The translations under genes were made by a program, and so were the position numbers. This document shows, piece by piece, positions 50,584 through 62,182 of a stretch of 64,000 nt of DNA. Location of the stretch: positions 192,001-256,000 of the forward strand of contig CAWAOD010000005.1 of the NCBI GenBank assembly GCA_963783575.1, given 5' to 3'. How positions within the stretch are numbered: the first letter of the stretch is position 1; the number at the start of each line of letters is the position of its first letter. The notes beneath the pieces are model-generated. The model was not told the DNA's origin. It saw only the letters and a list, made by a program, of their open reading frames with translations, and did no database searches. The DNA comes from an uncultured Spirochaetota bacterium. GTDB taxonomy: Bacteria > Spirochaetota > Brevinematia > Brevinematales > JAOACQ01.

Positions 50584-51237
50584 TCACATTGGTTTATTAT
50601 GCTTCACGACTTTCCCTTCCTTTATGTAAATTACTTCCTCACATATATTTGTTGAAACATCTGCTATTTTCTCGAGACTTCGTGCAACCCTCAGTAAATA
50701 AAGAGAGCGTTCGATTGTCGACGCATCCGACAGCATAAAAGTAATGAGTTCCCTCGTTATCTGATCCCTTAAATCGTCTACAACATCATCCCGTTTGCAT
50801 ACATTTAATGCAAGATCAGAATCTTCATTTACAATAGAAGTTATACTGTCGTCAAGCATCTTGAGTGTTTCTTCCGTCATCCTGGGAATATCAATAAAAG
50901 GTTTAACTTTTGGCTTATCGCATAAATATAAAGCGCTTTCCGCGATATTCACTGCGTTGTCGCCCATCCTCTCCAGGTCAGAGACCATTTTCGCTATCAT
51001 CATCACTATTCTTAAAAATTTGGCTTCAGGGTGATAAAGAGCTATTACATGGATGCATTCGTCATCCAGGGTAATTTCCTCTTCGTTTACTCTCGGCTCA
51101 TAAACATCAATTACCTCCCTCGCGAGAGCCTCGTCTCTTTTAATTACCGATTCCACGGATAACTCAATCATTTTTTTTACAAGTGTTGCGTATTGAATGA
51201 TCTTTTCCTTAAGTTCTATTATTTTTCCTTCAAGCAT
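50584..51237 (-). CDS. phoU: Phosphate signalling protein PhoU
   Basis: DLERMGD, DDVVD and LEKIAD PhoU repeats. Confidence 0.95.
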   Translation of the reverse strand: MLEGKIIELKEKIIQYATLVKKMIELSVESVIKRDEALAREVIDVYEPRVNEEEITLDDECIHVIALYHPEAKFLRIVMMIAKMVSDLERMGDNAVNIAESALYLCDKPKVKPFIDIPRMTEETLKMLDDSITSIVNEDSDLALNVCKRDDVVDDLRDQITRELITFMLSDASTIERSLYLLRVARSLEKIADVSTNICEEVIYIKEGKVVKHNKPM

Positions 51238-51246
51238 TATATTCTC

Positions 51247-52038
51247 CTATCCGAATTTTCCAGTAAGATATTCTTCCGTCCTTTTGTCCTGAGGAACAGT
51301 AAAAAGCTTTTCCGAGGGCCCATATTCGATCAGTTCTCCTAGGTACATAAATGCAGTATAATCGGAAACCCTTCCAGCCTGAGCAATGTTATGCGTTACC
51401 AGAATGATCGAGACATTGTTCTTAAGCTCTACAATCAATTCCTCAATATATGAAGTCGCCTTAGGGTCAAGAGCCGAAGTCGGTTCGTCAAGAAGAAGAA
51501 CAGCCGGGTTCATTGCAAGTGCCCTTGCTATGCAGAGTCTCTGCTGCTGGCCTCCGGAAAGGAATGTTCCCCTTCTGTGCAGTTTGTCCTTGACCTCATT
51601 CCATAAAGCGGATTTTAATAGAGATTCCTCCACTATTTTATCGGATTCATCCCTGCGAAGCCTGAACCCGTTTAGTTTATAACCGGAAATGACATTATCG
51701 TAAATACTCATAGTCGGGAAAGGGTTCGGCCTCTGGAAGACCATACCTGTGCTTCTTCTTACGATTATAGGATCAATTGACAACAGATCATCCCCGTTCA
51801 ATAAAATTCTTCCGGTAACTCTTGTCCCGGGCGTAAGCTCATGCATCCTGTTAAAACATCGTATCAGCGTAGATTTTCCACAGCCTGACGGGCCCATAAC
51901 AGCATGCACTTTATTTTGATAATAATCCATGTTTACATTTTTCAAAGCCTGATTATCCCCGTAATAGACATTAAGTTCCTGCACGCTTAAAACAACCGAT
52001 TCGGTTAAATCACCACCGGTTAAAACTTGACTTTCCAT
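51247..52038 (-). CDS. pstB: Phosphate ABC transporter ATPase
   Basis: [37 protein letters not shown]. Confidence 0.96.
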   Translation of the reverse strand: MESQVLTGGDLTESVVLSVQELNVYYGDNQALKNVNMDYYQNKVHAVMGPSGCGKSTLIRCFNRMHELTPGTRVTGRILLNGDDLLSIDPIIVRRSTGMVFQRPNPFPTMSIYDNVISGYKLNGFRLRRDESDKIVEESLLKSALWNEVKDKLHRRGTFLSGGQQQRLCIARALAMNPAVLLLDEPTSALDPKATSYIEELIVELKNNVSIILVTHNIAQAGRVSDYTAFMYLGELIEYGPSEKLFTVPQDKRTEEYLTGKFG

Positions 52039-52868
52039 CTGCTGACTACCGCCTTAGCAATTAGATTTAATAATAAAACAAAAACAACTAGAATAAAAGA
52101 TGCCCCCCATGCTATATTCTGCAGGTCTTGATATGGGCCTGTCGCATATTTGAAAATAATGTGGGGTATTGTATCTATGGATTTAAACAAATTGAAGCTC
52201 ATATATGGATTACCGAAAGCAGTGAATAATAGAGGCGCCGTTTCTCCGGCTATCCTTGCTATGCTAACAAGAATCCCGGTTATTACTCCGCTAAGTCCGG
52301 CCGGTAATATTACTTTCAAAACCACCCTGTGATAAGGCACTCCTAAGGCATAAGCCGCTTCAACAAGAGCCGATGGTATCATTTTTAATGTCTCTTCGGT
52401 GCTTTTTATCACAACTGGCAGCATCATTATCGACAGTGCTATGCCTCCTGAAAGCGCGGAAAACCCGCCGAATGGCAGAACAACCCAGACATAAGCTATA
52501 ATGCCGATAACAATAGACGGAACGCCCTGTAGAACATCAACGGTTATTCTTGCGAAATCCCCCAGTTTACCGCCCTTGTTTTCAGAAAGATATATTCCGC
52601 ACAAAATCCCGATTGGAATTGCAAGGACACTAGCCGTAATTACAACAATTAAACTTCCTACTATCGCATTCGCTATTCCTCCCCCCAATTCTCCTGTCGG
52701 TTTTGGGAGGCTGAAGAAAAGATCCCAGTTAAGATACGCGATCCCGTTTTTAAATATATAAAAGAGTATAAAAACCAGCGGAAGGAGCGTAATTACTGAA
52801 AGCAGCATTATTGCTGCTATAAAAAGCCTATCCTTTAATATGTTCCAAAAGACTGATTTTTTTATCAT
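52020..52868 (-). CDS. pstA: Phosphate ABC transporter permease
   Basis: [13 protein letters not shown]; operon position. Confidence 0.95.
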   Translation of the reverse strand: MIKKSVFWNILKDRLFIAAIMLLSVITLLPLVFILFYIFKNGIAYLNWDLFFSLPKPTGELGGGIANAIVGSLIVVITASVLAIPIGILCGIYLSENKGGKLGDFARITVDVLQGVPSIVIGIIAYVWVVLPFGGFSALSGGIALSIMMLPVVIKSTEETLKMIPSALVEAAYALGVPYHRVVLKVILPAGLSGVITGILVSIARIAGETAPLLFTAFGNPYMSFNLFKSIDTIPHIIFKYATGPYQDLQNIAWGASFILVVFVLLLNLIAKAVVSRWKVKF

Positions 52869-52892
52869 AAATTAACCCATCACAATAATTTT

Positions 52893-53936
52893 TCATTTAA
52901 TAATCATTTTATTGATTAAATACCTTCCAAGAATACCAAAAACAATTGTTATCAAAAATAAAACAAGCCCCATTTCTATCAGTGATGAAAGATACAGCTT
53001 ATCTGTCGCCTCCGCAAACTCATTTGCGATAAGGCTGGATATTGTATGCCCGGGGCCGAAAAGATTCGTGGGAATATCGTAAGCGTTTCCAATGACCATT
53101 GTTACTGCCATTGTTTCTCCAAGCGCCCTGCCGAAAGATAAAAGGATACCGGCCATTACGCCTGAGCTAGCATAAGGAAAAACAACTTTTTTGATGACTT
53201 CATACCTTGTAGCTCCGAGGGAATATGCAGCTTCCTTCAGCTCATTCGGGACCAACGTTATCACTTCCCTCGCAATTGATGCTGCATAAGGTATAATCAT
53301 TATAGCTAAAAGCAGTGATGCGGCAAAAATTCCAACCCCAAGCGGAATAATATGCATTCTAATTTCAAAAGCACGGATGATCGGAACAAGAATAAAAAGG
53401 CCCCACATACCGTAAATTATTGATGGAATCCCGGCAAGCAGTTCTATTGCCGAATTAAATACAGCCGAGAAAAGGCCGGAAGGAAAATATTCTCCAAGCA
53501 GAACTGCAATGGAAAATGAAAAAGGCAGTGAAATCGCTAGCGCCAGTAATGAAGAAATCAATGTGCCCATTATAAAAGGGAGGGCGCCGAACGTTCCGGT
53601 AAAAGGCTCCCAGGTCCTTCCCGTAAAAAATTCTAAACCGAATTTGATTATCGAAGGAACTGCTGAAATAATCAGACTGATGAACATTGCTAATAGCAAA
53701 GCACATACAATAACTACCGATATTAGGATCAGTCCTTTGAAACTCTTAACAAAATAATAAGTACTATGGGGCGCGTTAATAGCGCCCCTTTGAATTTCTA
53801 ACTTTTTTGATATTATAGTTTTTTTAATACCGCTGTTAATAATACTACTGTTTAAAGCCGTATCGGCTGCTATGCTGTTACCGGCAACAGTATTGCCGCT
53901 ACCTGTTGTATTATTTCCTGACCTTTTTGCCATCAT
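52893..53936 (-). CDS. pstC: Phosphate ABC transporter permease (start uncertain)
   Basis: ELLAGIPSIIYG; GRALGETMAV; IANEFAEA. Confidence 0.95.
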   Translation of the reverse strand: MMAKRSGNNTTGSGNTVAGNSIAADTALNSSIINSGIKKTIISKKLEIQRGAINAPHSTYYFVKSFKGLILISVVIVCALLLAMFISLIISAVPSIIKFGLEFFTGRTWEPFTGTFGALPFIMGTLISSLLALAISLPFSFSIAVLLGEYFPSGLFSAVFNSAIELLAGIPSIIYGMWGLFILVPIIRAFEIRMHIIPLGVGIFAASLLLAIMIIPYAASIAREVITLVPNELKEAAYSLGATRYEVIKKVVFPYASSGVMAGILLSFGRALGETMAVTMVIGNAYDIPTNLFGPGHTISSLIANEFAEATDKLYLSSLIEMGLVLFLITIVFGILGRYLINKMIIK

Positions 53937-54948
53937 AAACCACCGAATTCAAAATATCTTCCGCCAGAACAACAACACCTTTCGGTAAAACACCGTAATC
54001 TTTACCCTCGTTCAGTTTCTGCCCATCATGGATCATATACCACATAGCTTCAACCATGGCCTGTACCCTTTTCAGGGGCTTTCCGCCGTAACTCTGTTCT
54101 TTATAAAGCAGTATCCAGGTCATAGTTACTATTGGGTAACCGTCTTTAGCATCGGTATTGACCAGGGAGACTTTTGTGTCTGCCGGGATTTTAACATCGG
54201 CCGCGGCAGATGTAGATTGTAAATTAGGTTCGATAAAATTTCCACTTTTGTTCTGTATCAATGCCGCCGGCATTTTATTCTGCTTGGCGTAAGCAAGTTC
54301 AACATAGCCGATTGAACCGGGAACCTGCTTTACATACTGAGCTACACCCGGATTTCCTTTACCGCCGACTCCGGTCGGCCAGTTGATAACTTTATTTGCT
54401 CCGAATTTTTCCTTCCATTCGGGATTGACTGACGAAAGATAATCGGTAAAAACAAATGTTGTTCCGCTTCCGTCTGTTCTGTGAACAACAATTATGTTCA
54501 TATCAGGCAGCGTGATATCGGCATTTGCAGCCGCTATTTTCGGGTCGTTCCATTTTACAATCTTTCCCAGAAAGATGTCTGCTATTACATCCGGAGTAAA
54601 CTTCAATGTTTTGTCCACACCGGGAATATTGTAGGTCAATACGACCGCGCCCAGGCAGGTAGGAAAGTGAAGCACTTCAGCTTTCGCTGCGGCTGATTCC
54701 TTCTCATTCATTGGAGCGTCAGAAGCACCGAAATCAACTGTTTTACTGATCAGTTGCTGAATTCCGCCCCCGGATCCTATACCCTGGTAATTAACTTTAA
54801 CCCCGGTTTTTGCATTATAATCCGCGAACATCGCTGAATACAGCGGTTCGGGAAATGTAGCCCCGGCTGCCGATAATTCCATGCCTTCCGTAAATCCTAT
54901 AGCGCTGAATGCTATAATCATCAAAGCTGCCAATAGTACTTTCTTCAT
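53911..54948 (-). CDS. pstS: Phosphate-binding protein
   Basis: GATFPEPLY, GSGGG, DFGASD, RTDGSGTT. Confidence 0.96.
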   Translation of the reverse strand: MKKVLLAALMIIAFSAIGFTEGMELSAAGATFPEPLYSAMFADYNAKTGVKVNYQGIGSGGGIQQLISKTVDFGASDAPMNEKESAAAKAEVLHFPTCLGAVVLTYNIPGVDKTLKFTPDVIADIFLGKIVKWNDPKIAAANADITLPDMNIIVVHRTDGSGTTFVFTDYLSSVNPEWKEKFGANKVINWPTGVGGKGNPGVAQYVKQVPGSIGYVELAYAKQNKMPAALIQNKSGNFIEPNLQSTSAAADVKIPADTKVSLVNTDAKDGYPIVTMTWILLYKEQSYGGKPLKRVQAMVEAMWYMIHDGQKLNEGKDYGVLPKGVVVLAEDILNSVVYDGKKVRK

Positions 54949-55203
54949 TTTATTCTCCTCCTACAAAAAATTTCGATTCCCCCGCGTCATTCCGATTCCT
55001 TCTTCTTGATTTTCTTATGAATCTCCTTTAATCAATAGGTTTTTTTAATGAGATTCCATATAAGAATAAACCGGAGTTAGAATCGGAATACCATTTTGGT
55101 GTTCCCTTTTCATATTAATATAAAAATAAACAAATTCTATTAATAATCAAAATATTATAAACAATAATAATTAATATAAGGTAAGTGAATTGTTAATTTT
55201 GGG

Positions 55204-56457
55204 TTAAGACGGAAAATAATCGAGTATAACAACCGTCATATCGTCGGTTTGGGTTTGGGAACCTCTGTATTTATATATATCAGATAAAATCTTATTCTTT
55301 AACTCCTTTATGCTGACGGCATGATTGATAATTCTAACAATGTTTGCAAATCTCCATTCGCCGAATTCTTCTCCTGCGCTATTTGTTTGTTCAATAATAC
55401 CGTCGGTAATCAGAAAAAGCCTTTCTCCCTTTTTAAGCTTAACCCTGCTTTCAACAGGTATAACCGGCCGTGTAATACCAATCGGAACATTTTCTCCTTT
55501 TGTTTTAAGCCTGAACAATTGTTCTTTTTTCTCAATATAAATATAAGAATGTCCCATATCAAGAACTTTCAGGTCTCCTGTTTCTTCGTTAAAATCAATG
55601 AAAATGCCTGTAACAAATCTCTCGGCTTCAAATGAATTAAAAATATAATCATTTAATTTTATAATATAATCCTGCAGTCCCTTTTTAAAATCATAAATGC
55701 TGGTAATCCCGCTGATACAGGTTGTCAAGAGCGAAGCCGAAATCCCTTTTCCTGATACGTCGCAAACACAGATCATCCAGCGGCAATCCTCATAATTGTT
55801 TATATAATAAAAATCCCCGCCGACTCCTTTTGCCATTGTTGATGCACCTATAATATCGAAGTTTTTGTTATTTATCAGGACTTCATCTTTGACTATACTT
55901 TTTTGAATATTTCTAGCGAGGTTTATGTCAGCCTGGGTAATATTGGAAAGATAAACCAGAATGTCACGTGTTGAAAATATTCCTGCAAAATATTTTTCTT
56001 CAAATGTCAGGGCAAAATATTCGGTTTTTGAATTCTGCATGAATTGACCGATTTCATCCGAAATTGAAAAAATATTACGGTCATAGCCGAATGAAATCAC
56101 TTTTCTCATAACACGGTCCGATTTTTTATGTTTTAAAATATCGCTTCCGTAAGGTCTGCCGAAAATGTCAAAAAGATCTTTTCTGACAATGATCCCTGCC
56201 AGTTCATTTTCATCATTCACAACTCCTACGGCAAGAATTGTTTTATCAATATCAAAATCATACGCCAGATCGCTGATAAGTGTTTTTCTATGAACATAAT
56301 AGCGGCTGCTAACCAGTTTCCCAATAATTTCACCATGAACAGTTCCGAATTTTACTGATTTTAAAACACGAAAACTTTCCGGCACCACCGAAACCTGATT
56401 TTCAGAAATAAAATAATTCAAAGATAATGCAGATTCTTTCATAATTTGAGTCATCAA
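55204..56457 (-). CDS. CBS-like domains + SpoIIE/PP2C phosphatase
   Basis: VGGDFY, DVSGKG, TDGIIE, DDMT; N-terminal CBS-like region. Confidence 0.88.
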   Translation of the reverse strand: MMTQIMKESALSLNYFISENQVSVVPESFRVLKSVKFGTVHGEIIGKLVSSRYYVHRKTLISDLAYDFDIDKTILAVGVVNDENELAGIIVRKDLFDIFGRPYGSDILKHKKSDRVMRKVISFGYDRNIFSISDEIGQFMQNSKTEYFALTFEEKYFAGIFSTRDILVYLSNITQADINLARNIQKSIVKDEVLINNKNFDIIGASTMAKGVGGDFYYINNYEDCRWMICVCDVSGKGISASLLTTCISGITSIYDFKKGLQDYIIKLNDYIFNSFEAERFVTGIFIDFNEETGDLKVLDMGHSYIYIEKKEQLFRLKTKGENVPIGITRPVIPVESRVKLKKGERLFLITDGIIEQTNSAGEEFGEWRFANIVRIINHAVSIKELKNKILSDIYKYRGSQTQTDDMTVVILDYFPS

Positions 56458-56522
56458 GGCTCCTTTAAGCGATTATCATGACAGCTGAAACAGGTTAAAA
56501 TTAAGGCGGACTTCAGGAAACC

Positions 56523-56756
56523 TTATTTTTTTTCAGAAATGATAAAAATAAAGAAATAGGTTAAACTGCTTATTATGGATATAATAGAGAATACTCTGCT
56601 GGTAATAATAAATTCATATCCTTTAATAAAATTTAAGGCAATGCTAGCTATCCAGAAAAGTATTCCAAAAACAAAAAGAAACTGAAATTTTTCCGCTTTG
56701 TCCATACCTGATATTCTTCCTCCCGTTAAAACATCAAAACTCATTTGATCCTCCAT
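56523..56756 (-). CDS. Small two-TM membrane protein
   Basis: Two hydrophobic segments; GGAGGA precedes the second Met. Confidence 0.5.
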   Translation of the reverse strand: MEDQMSFDVLTGGRISGMDKAEKFQFLFVFGILFWIASIALNFIKGYEFIITSRVFSIISIISSLTYFFIFIISEKK

Positions 56757-56942
56757 AAAATTTTAATGATATATTATCCTTTGCAAATGTGAATAAATGA
56801 TTTGAATTGATTTAATTTTATGTTAATAAGTGGCCGTGAAACAGCCGATCGAACTGCTCAAATTATATTTATGAATATTCATTCTTTCTTTAATAAAACT
56901 TAACAAATATACTTTATCATTATCCTAAATTGGAAGGAAACA

Positions 56943-58709
56943 GTGAGTAAAAAGAAAAAGAAATGGCTGGATATCATCTCAAGTCTGGATTATTCATTTC
57001 AACCGATCATAAATACCTATACCGGTAAATTATATGGACTTGAAGCTCTGCTTATATACTATTGCAAAGCCGGATTTGATAATATATGGGATGTATTTGA
57101 CGCCGCATACAATGATGATTATCTTTCACAGCTTGAATTGTTGCTTATGGAAAAAGCCGTAACAAAATTTTCCCAACTAAATATCCGGGAACCGTTTAAA
57201 CTTTTTTTCAATCTTGACAACAGGAATATTCAGTCCGATAAGCACAATCCGGAAGAATTCGCAGACCTTTTAAAGTCTTATCAAATTGAACCGAATCAGT
57301 TATGCCTGGAAATTTCGGAACGTCATTCTTTCAATGCCTTTGATGAAATTAAAAGTATATTTAACAGCTATAAAAAGCAATCGTTTAAAACCGCAATCGA
57401 TGATTTTGGGACCGGTTTTTCGGGGTTGGAGTTCTTCTACCATTTTGAACCGGATTTTATTAAAATAGACCGTTTTTTTATTTCCAATATCCATACCGAT
57501 CCAAAAAAAAGGTTATTTTTGTCATATCTTGTTAATATTTCACATATGCTTGGGATTTTAATAATAGCGGAAGGAGTAGAATCGGAATTCGAGTATTATT
57601 TCTGTAAAAGCATAGGCTGCGATTTAATCCAGGGTTATTTAGTAGAAAAACCTTACAAAAACTTATCGCTTTTTAAAATTAAATATGATTATATCGAATA
57701 CCTTAATAATATTGATAAAAGAAAGAAAACGGTTGATGATCTTCTTATATACAAGCAGATGGAATGGATAGAACCGATACCGGTCGATAGGCAAATTATA
57801 GAAATATTCGATATTTTTAAAAATAATAAAAAAAATTCTTTCTTTCCGGTTGTTAATAAAGAACTTGAGCCGTTGGGGATAATCCATGAAGAGAGCCTTA
57901 AAGATTATACATATTCTCCATACGGTAAAGAAATACTTATGAATAAGTCATTGAAGATTAATCTAAAACATTTTATTATGAAAAACCCGGTTTCTGAAAT
58001 CAATGCCAGGATTGAAAAAATCCTCGAACTTTTTACGATGGATGAGAATTCCGACGGTATTATAATCACAAAAGAAGGAAGATATATCGGGTTTTTAGGG
58101 GCAAAAGCTCTTTTGAAGGCAATTCATGAAAAGAACATTGAATTGGCGTCTAACCAGAATCCTCTTTCAAAACTTCCCGGGAATAATTCCATCTATCAAT
58201 ATTTATCCCGGGTTCTTGAAGAAACTGATTCGGATCATTTTATTATTCATTTTGACCTGAATTTTTTCAAGCCGTTCAATGACAAATATGGATTCAGACA
58301 GGGCGACAGGGCCCTTTTAATGTTTTCCGAAATTTTAAAAAAACATTCGAAAGAACTTTATGTAGGGCATATAGGCGGTGATGACTTCTTTGCCGGATTT
58401 AAATCAAAAGGATACGATTTTGACACAATTGAAAAAATAGTCATGCTTATACTTGATGAGTTCTCGTCGGAAGCAATGCACTTATATAATGAGGAAGACA
58501 AGCGAAATGCTTGTATTATTGCAGTCAACAGGGAAGGTAAACTGCAGAATTTTCAGCTTTTATCGGCAAGCGCCGTTGTACTTCATATACCTCCCCGTCC
58601 AATTCCTATAACCATTGATGATATCAGCATTATTATGGCTGAAATGAAAAAAAATGTGAAAAATGACCGTGAAAAAATGTTATCAATGTCTGTTTTAAAA
58701 AAATTTTAA
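56943..58709 (+). CDS. EAL-CBS-GGDEF c-di-GMP enzyme
   Basis: FQPI, EAL, DDFGTGFS, IKIDR, AEGVE, QGY; NPLSKLPGN, FKPFNDKYG, GGDDF. Confidence 0.92.
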   Translation: MSKKKKKWLDIISSLDYSFQPIINTYTGKLYGLEALLIYYCKAGFDNIWDVFDAAYNDDYLSQLELLLMEKAVTKFSQLNIREPFKLFFNLDNRNIQSDKHNPEEFADLLKSYQIEPNQLCLEISERHSFNAFDEIKSIFNSYKKQSFKTAIDDFGTGFSGLEFFYHFEPDFIKIDRFFISNIHTDPKKRLFLSYLVNISHMLGILIIAEGVESEFEYYFCKSIGCDLIQGYLVEKPYKNLSLFKIKYDYIEYLNNIDKRKKTVDDLLIYKQMEWIEPIPVDRQIIEIFDIFKNNKKNSFFPVVNKELEPLGIIHEESLKDYTYSPYGKEILMNKSLKINLKHFIMKNPVSEINARIEKILELFTMDENSDGIIITKEGRYIGFLGAKALLKAIHEKNIELASNQNPLSKLPGNNSIYQYLSRVLEETDSDHFIIHFDLNFFKPFNDKYGFRQGDRALLMFSEILKKHSKELYVGHIGGDDFFAGFKSKGYDFDTIEKIVMLILDEFSSEAMHLYNEEDKRNACIIAVNREGKLQNFQLLSASAVVLHIPPRPIPITIDDISIIMAEMKKNVKNDREKMLSMSVLKKF

Positions 58710-58798
58710 GATTATTTATCGATTATTTGTACAATTATTTTTTATTTTATGTTATATTATTATATTAAAAAGTAAATAAATAATTCAGGGAGCTTATT

Positions 58799-59482
58799 AT
58801 GAATAAAAAATTCGTATTTACAGTAATGGTTGGATTATCAGTTATTTTAACCCAAAGCGCTGCGTTTTCCAAACAGGCTTCCAATACCGGGAAACAACTT
58901 ATTATTGTTGGATTTATCGGCAAAGCGGAAATTAAAACCGGCAAAAATAAATGGAAAGTCCTTAATATTGAAGATAAAGTCAGCGAAAACAGCGAAGTAA
59001 GGGTCCTGAAAAAAGACGATTACCTTGAGCTTAGCTCCGATGATACAGTTTATAAAATTACCGGAGGTTCATTAATAAAAATAGAAGATTTATTAAAAAA
59101 ACAGGATTCAAATAAAATGAGAACCGTTAATAACGACGACGTGTTCAAAGTTGAGACTTCTGCAGAAGTCGCCGGCGTCAGGGGTGGGGTAACAAAGAAT
59201 AAGAGCGCCGCGGCTCAGGCAGTCATCCTGCCGGCTGAACTGTCATTCGCAGTAACCGGTATTTATCAGGGAGTATGTCAATTCAGAACCGGTGATACAA
59301 ACAATACCAACTGGCAGGCGATCGAATATGGAATAAGGCTGCACTCCGAAGCTGAAATCTTAATACCCGGAACAAACAGCAGCATCCAGCTGAGATTTTT
59401 CGATAGATCCTCAACCAATCTCACGGGCCCGATCCAGGTAAAGCTTTATGATATACTTCTGGAAAAATTGAACTCATTGTGA
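58799..59482 (+). CDS. Secreted protein with FecR-like beta repeats
   Basis: Signal peptide; G.AEIKT..W..L...D pattern twice; TSAEVAGVRG. Confidence 0.6.
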   Translation: MNKKFVFTVMVGLSVILTQSAAFSKQASNTGKQLIIVGFIGKAEIKTGKNKWKVLNIEDKVSENSEVRVLKKDDYLELSSDDTVYKITGGSLIKIEDLLKKQDSNKMRTVNNDDVFKVETSAEVAGVRGGVTKNKSAAAQAVILPAELSFAVTGIYQGVCQFRTGDTNNTNWQAIEYGIRLHSEAEILIPGTNSSIQLRFFDRSSTNLTGPIQVKLYDILLEKLNSL

Positions 59483-59533
59483 TATTCCCGGTTTTGTTTT
59501 AAATAATTCATTTCCTTCCAAAGGAGACAAATT

Positions 59534-61375
59534 ATGAACAAATTTAAATCTATATTTTTTATTTCAGCAGTTTTTTCAGTAATTGTATTATTTTCGGGAT
59601 GTCAGGTTGCCGCAAATCAGAACAGCAGCTCCCAGTCGTCCGAAAACTATACCGGAACACTTATAATTACTGAAGTTGGGAGCTCATATACTAATGGCTC
59701 ACGCTGGTTTGAAGTCTACAACAACTCAACCAATAATGTGCAGCTTTCCATTTATTCCCTCCGCTGCTATGTAATGGATGCGTCATCATATTCAGTCCAG
59801 GGAATCCAGACTTTCAGCCTGCCGGACACTTTGATTTATCCGGGCTCATACCTAGTAATACGCGGTAAGATTAATGAGGTTAACTATAACACAGGACAGA
59901 TAGTGTATATTGCGAACGGACAAAATATGGTTCCTTACTGGGATTCAAGCGGTTTTATTGAGCTTGTTAATAACGGAAATACTGGGGACTTTGTCAGCTT
60001 CGGCTCCGACAGTACAGCCCCTTTAACCGGAGGATGGAATGGAGGAGACGCGCCTGCCCTTCCTTATACAGCGGCAGGTTTTGGAAACAGCATCGTGAGG
60101 AACGGCGCCAATTCAGACTCAGACAGCGCGTCGGATTGGAGTTTGCATAGTTTTTCAACACCCGGAGGTCCTAATGACGTAACTTCGGATGCCGATTCGG
60201 ACGGCGACGGCATACCGGATTCCTGCGAACAGCCGGGAAGCACCTTTGCCGGCCTTCCTCTTTATGATTGGGGCGCGAGAGCGGGAACAAAAGACATCTT
60301 CATCTATATCGATTATATGGATACAGCCGATCCGGGCGTCATACCTCAAAAGGCAGCCCTGGACAAAGTTGTTGCGGCTTTCGCGGCTCATAATATTGCC
60401 GTTCACTTTGATATCGGCGATCTTTACGGTTCGGGGGTCAACAATTACAACCTGGATAAAAAAAGCCACCGGGTTCCATTTGCTCAAAGCATTGCTTTTG
60501 GAATATATTCCGGATACGCTAATCTTTATGATTACAAATTAAACTACATGGACCTTGCTAAAAAGCAGATTTTTCATTACCTGCTGTTCGCTTTCTCACA
60601 AAATCAAGATGGGTCGGAAGGATCGTCCGGCGTTGCGGAGCTGCCCGGGAATGATTTTATAGTTACTTTTGGTAATTGGGGATTGACAACATCTCCTGCT
60701 TCCGAATTAAACAGGCTGATAAATTATCAGGCTGCTACAATAATGCACGAATTAGGCCATAATCTTGGATTACATCATGGCGGAAATATCGACCTCAACT
60801 ATAAGCCGAATTTTTATAGTATAATGAACTATGAGTATCAGCTTGAAGGCCTCTCAAAAATCGGTGATGCTAGCGAGGGGGACCGGTATTATTTTTATCA
60901 ATATGTATGGGTAGACAGACAGACTAATACATCTTTATTTAAACAGTATTTTCCAGATCCGGACCCGGAAGCCGACTTATATAATGGCCCGACAGGAGAT
61001 CCCAGTCTATGCAAGATAGATTATTCCGACGGTACTGGGGCCGATATCGATGAGACTAATATATCGGAATCGGCCGGTCTCGTAAGATCAGGAAGTCATT
61101 GGGTGGATTACGACGGGAACGGAGCCTTAACAAGCACTAATTTTGCAAAAATTTTAAATAAGTTCCAATACAGCGGTTCCGGAGGGACTATATTAACAAA
61201 AGGCGTTCTTTCTGATTATGACGATTGGTCAAATCTTGACCTCTTCTTTACACGAAATACGAATGGAGATAACACAGGTGTGAAACCGCGTTTTGCATTA
61301 AACATCCGGCAGGACAAAATATTGGATGACCATCAGAATATTATCGTTGAAACCCTTACCCGGCCGGGAAGATGA
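59534..61375 (+). CDS. Lipoprotein with lamin-tail domain and zinc metalloprotease domain
   Basis: FSGC lipobox; LIITEV...WFEVYN...STPGGPN; DSDGDGIPD; HELGHNLGLHH and SIMNY Met-turn. Confidence 0.85.
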   Translation: MNKFKSIFFISAVFSVIVLFSGCQVAANQNSSSQSSENYTGTLIITEVGSSYTNGSRWFEVYNNSTNNVQLSIYSLRCYVMDASSYSVQGIQTFSLPDTLIYPGSYLVIRGKINEVNYNTGQIVYIANGQNMVPYWDSSGFIELVNNGNTGDFVSFGSDSTAPLTGGWNGGDAPALPYTAAGFGNSIVRNGANSDSDSASDWSLHSFSTPGGPNDVTSDADSDGDGIPDSCEQPGSTFAGLPLYDWGARAGTKDIFIYIDYMDTADPGVIPQKAALDKVVAAFAAHNIAVHFDIGDLYGSGVNNYNLDKKSHRVPFAQSIAFGIYSGYANLYDYKLNYMDLAKKQIFHYLLFAFSQNQDGSEGSSGVAELPGNDFIVTFGNWGLTTSPASELNRLINYQAATIMHELGHNLGLHHGGNIDLNYKPNFYSIMNYEYQLEGLSKIGDASEGDRYYFYQYVWVDRQTNTSLFKQYFPDPDPEADLYNGPTGDPSLCKIDYSDGTGADIDETNISESAGLVRSGSHWVDYDGNGALTSTNFAKILNKFQYSGSGGTILTKGVLSDYDDWSNLDLFFTRNTNGDNTGVKPRFALNIRQDKILDDHQNIIVETLTRPGR

Positions 61376-62110
61376 ATGGAGTTAAAGATGAAGATACTTG
61401 GAATTATTATTTTTATATTAACCTCGGTTGGTTATTTGCAGGCACGGGAACCAGCCAATTTTAAGTTTACCGGGTTGCCTTCCTTCTTAAACAATGTAGA
61501 AATCCTAGACTGCAAGGATGAACATGATTCAATTTCAATTAAAGTGATGATTGAGTCTGATGATAAAGCATCTTCGAGCAATAACCGTGGAGAAGCATCC
61601 TCTGAAATTTCCTCGGAAGGGCCCGGGATAAACCCCGGCACGCTTGTTAATTTCAGCATCAGCCCCTGGCCCGATAATGAGAAGCTGAAAAAAAGAATTA
61701 TCGGCAGTAAACTGAAATCATCAGTGATCTATAATCCCACCGGACCTTCAAGGACTCTTGAATTTTCAAAGGATGGGAAACTTTTTTTAATAATAAAAAG
61801 CAGGGCTTTATACGGCTTTGAAGTTCTAAAAGGTATCTCAATCGAACCGGGCGGAAAGATCAAGCGTATAGGAAACCGCTTCTGGATCAACACGAAATTA
61901 AATTCTGCCGAAGGCAAAAATTATACCGCAAAGCACGGTGAACAGCTGGCGGTTTTTTCAGAAGGCAAAAAATGGCAGTTTTTATTATTCGGTGCTTCCG
62001 TTCCTGAAAGCTTTTTCACCGGAACAAACGGCATAGATTCAAATAATGGCATTGCAAAAGAGGAACCGGGGTTTATAGCAGATTTTATAGTTTATAACGA
62101 AGATTGGTGA
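61376..62110 (+). CDS. Hypothetical secreted protein
   Basis: Signal peptide; abuts the upstream gene. Confidence 0.65.
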   Translation: MELKMKILGIIIFILTSVGYLQAREPANFKFTGLPSFLNNVEILDCKDEHDSISIKVMIESDDKASSSNNRGEASSEISSEGPGINPGTLVNFSISPWPDNEKLKKRIIGSKLKSSVIYNPTGPSRTLEFSKDGKLFLIIKSRALYGFEVLKGISIEPGGKIKRIGNRFWINTKLNSAEGKNYTAKHGEQLAVFSEGKKWQFLLFGASVPESFFTGTNGIDSNNGIAKEEPGFIADFIVYNEDW

Positions 62111-62182
62111 GGTAATTTCTATGAATAAATTATCCCCACAGCAAATAGAAAATACTCAGGAAAATTTATATCCGGATACATC

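Noticed and set aside
54950..55200. PHO box upstream of pstS
   Set aside because: No convincing CTGTCAT-like 11-bp direct repeats
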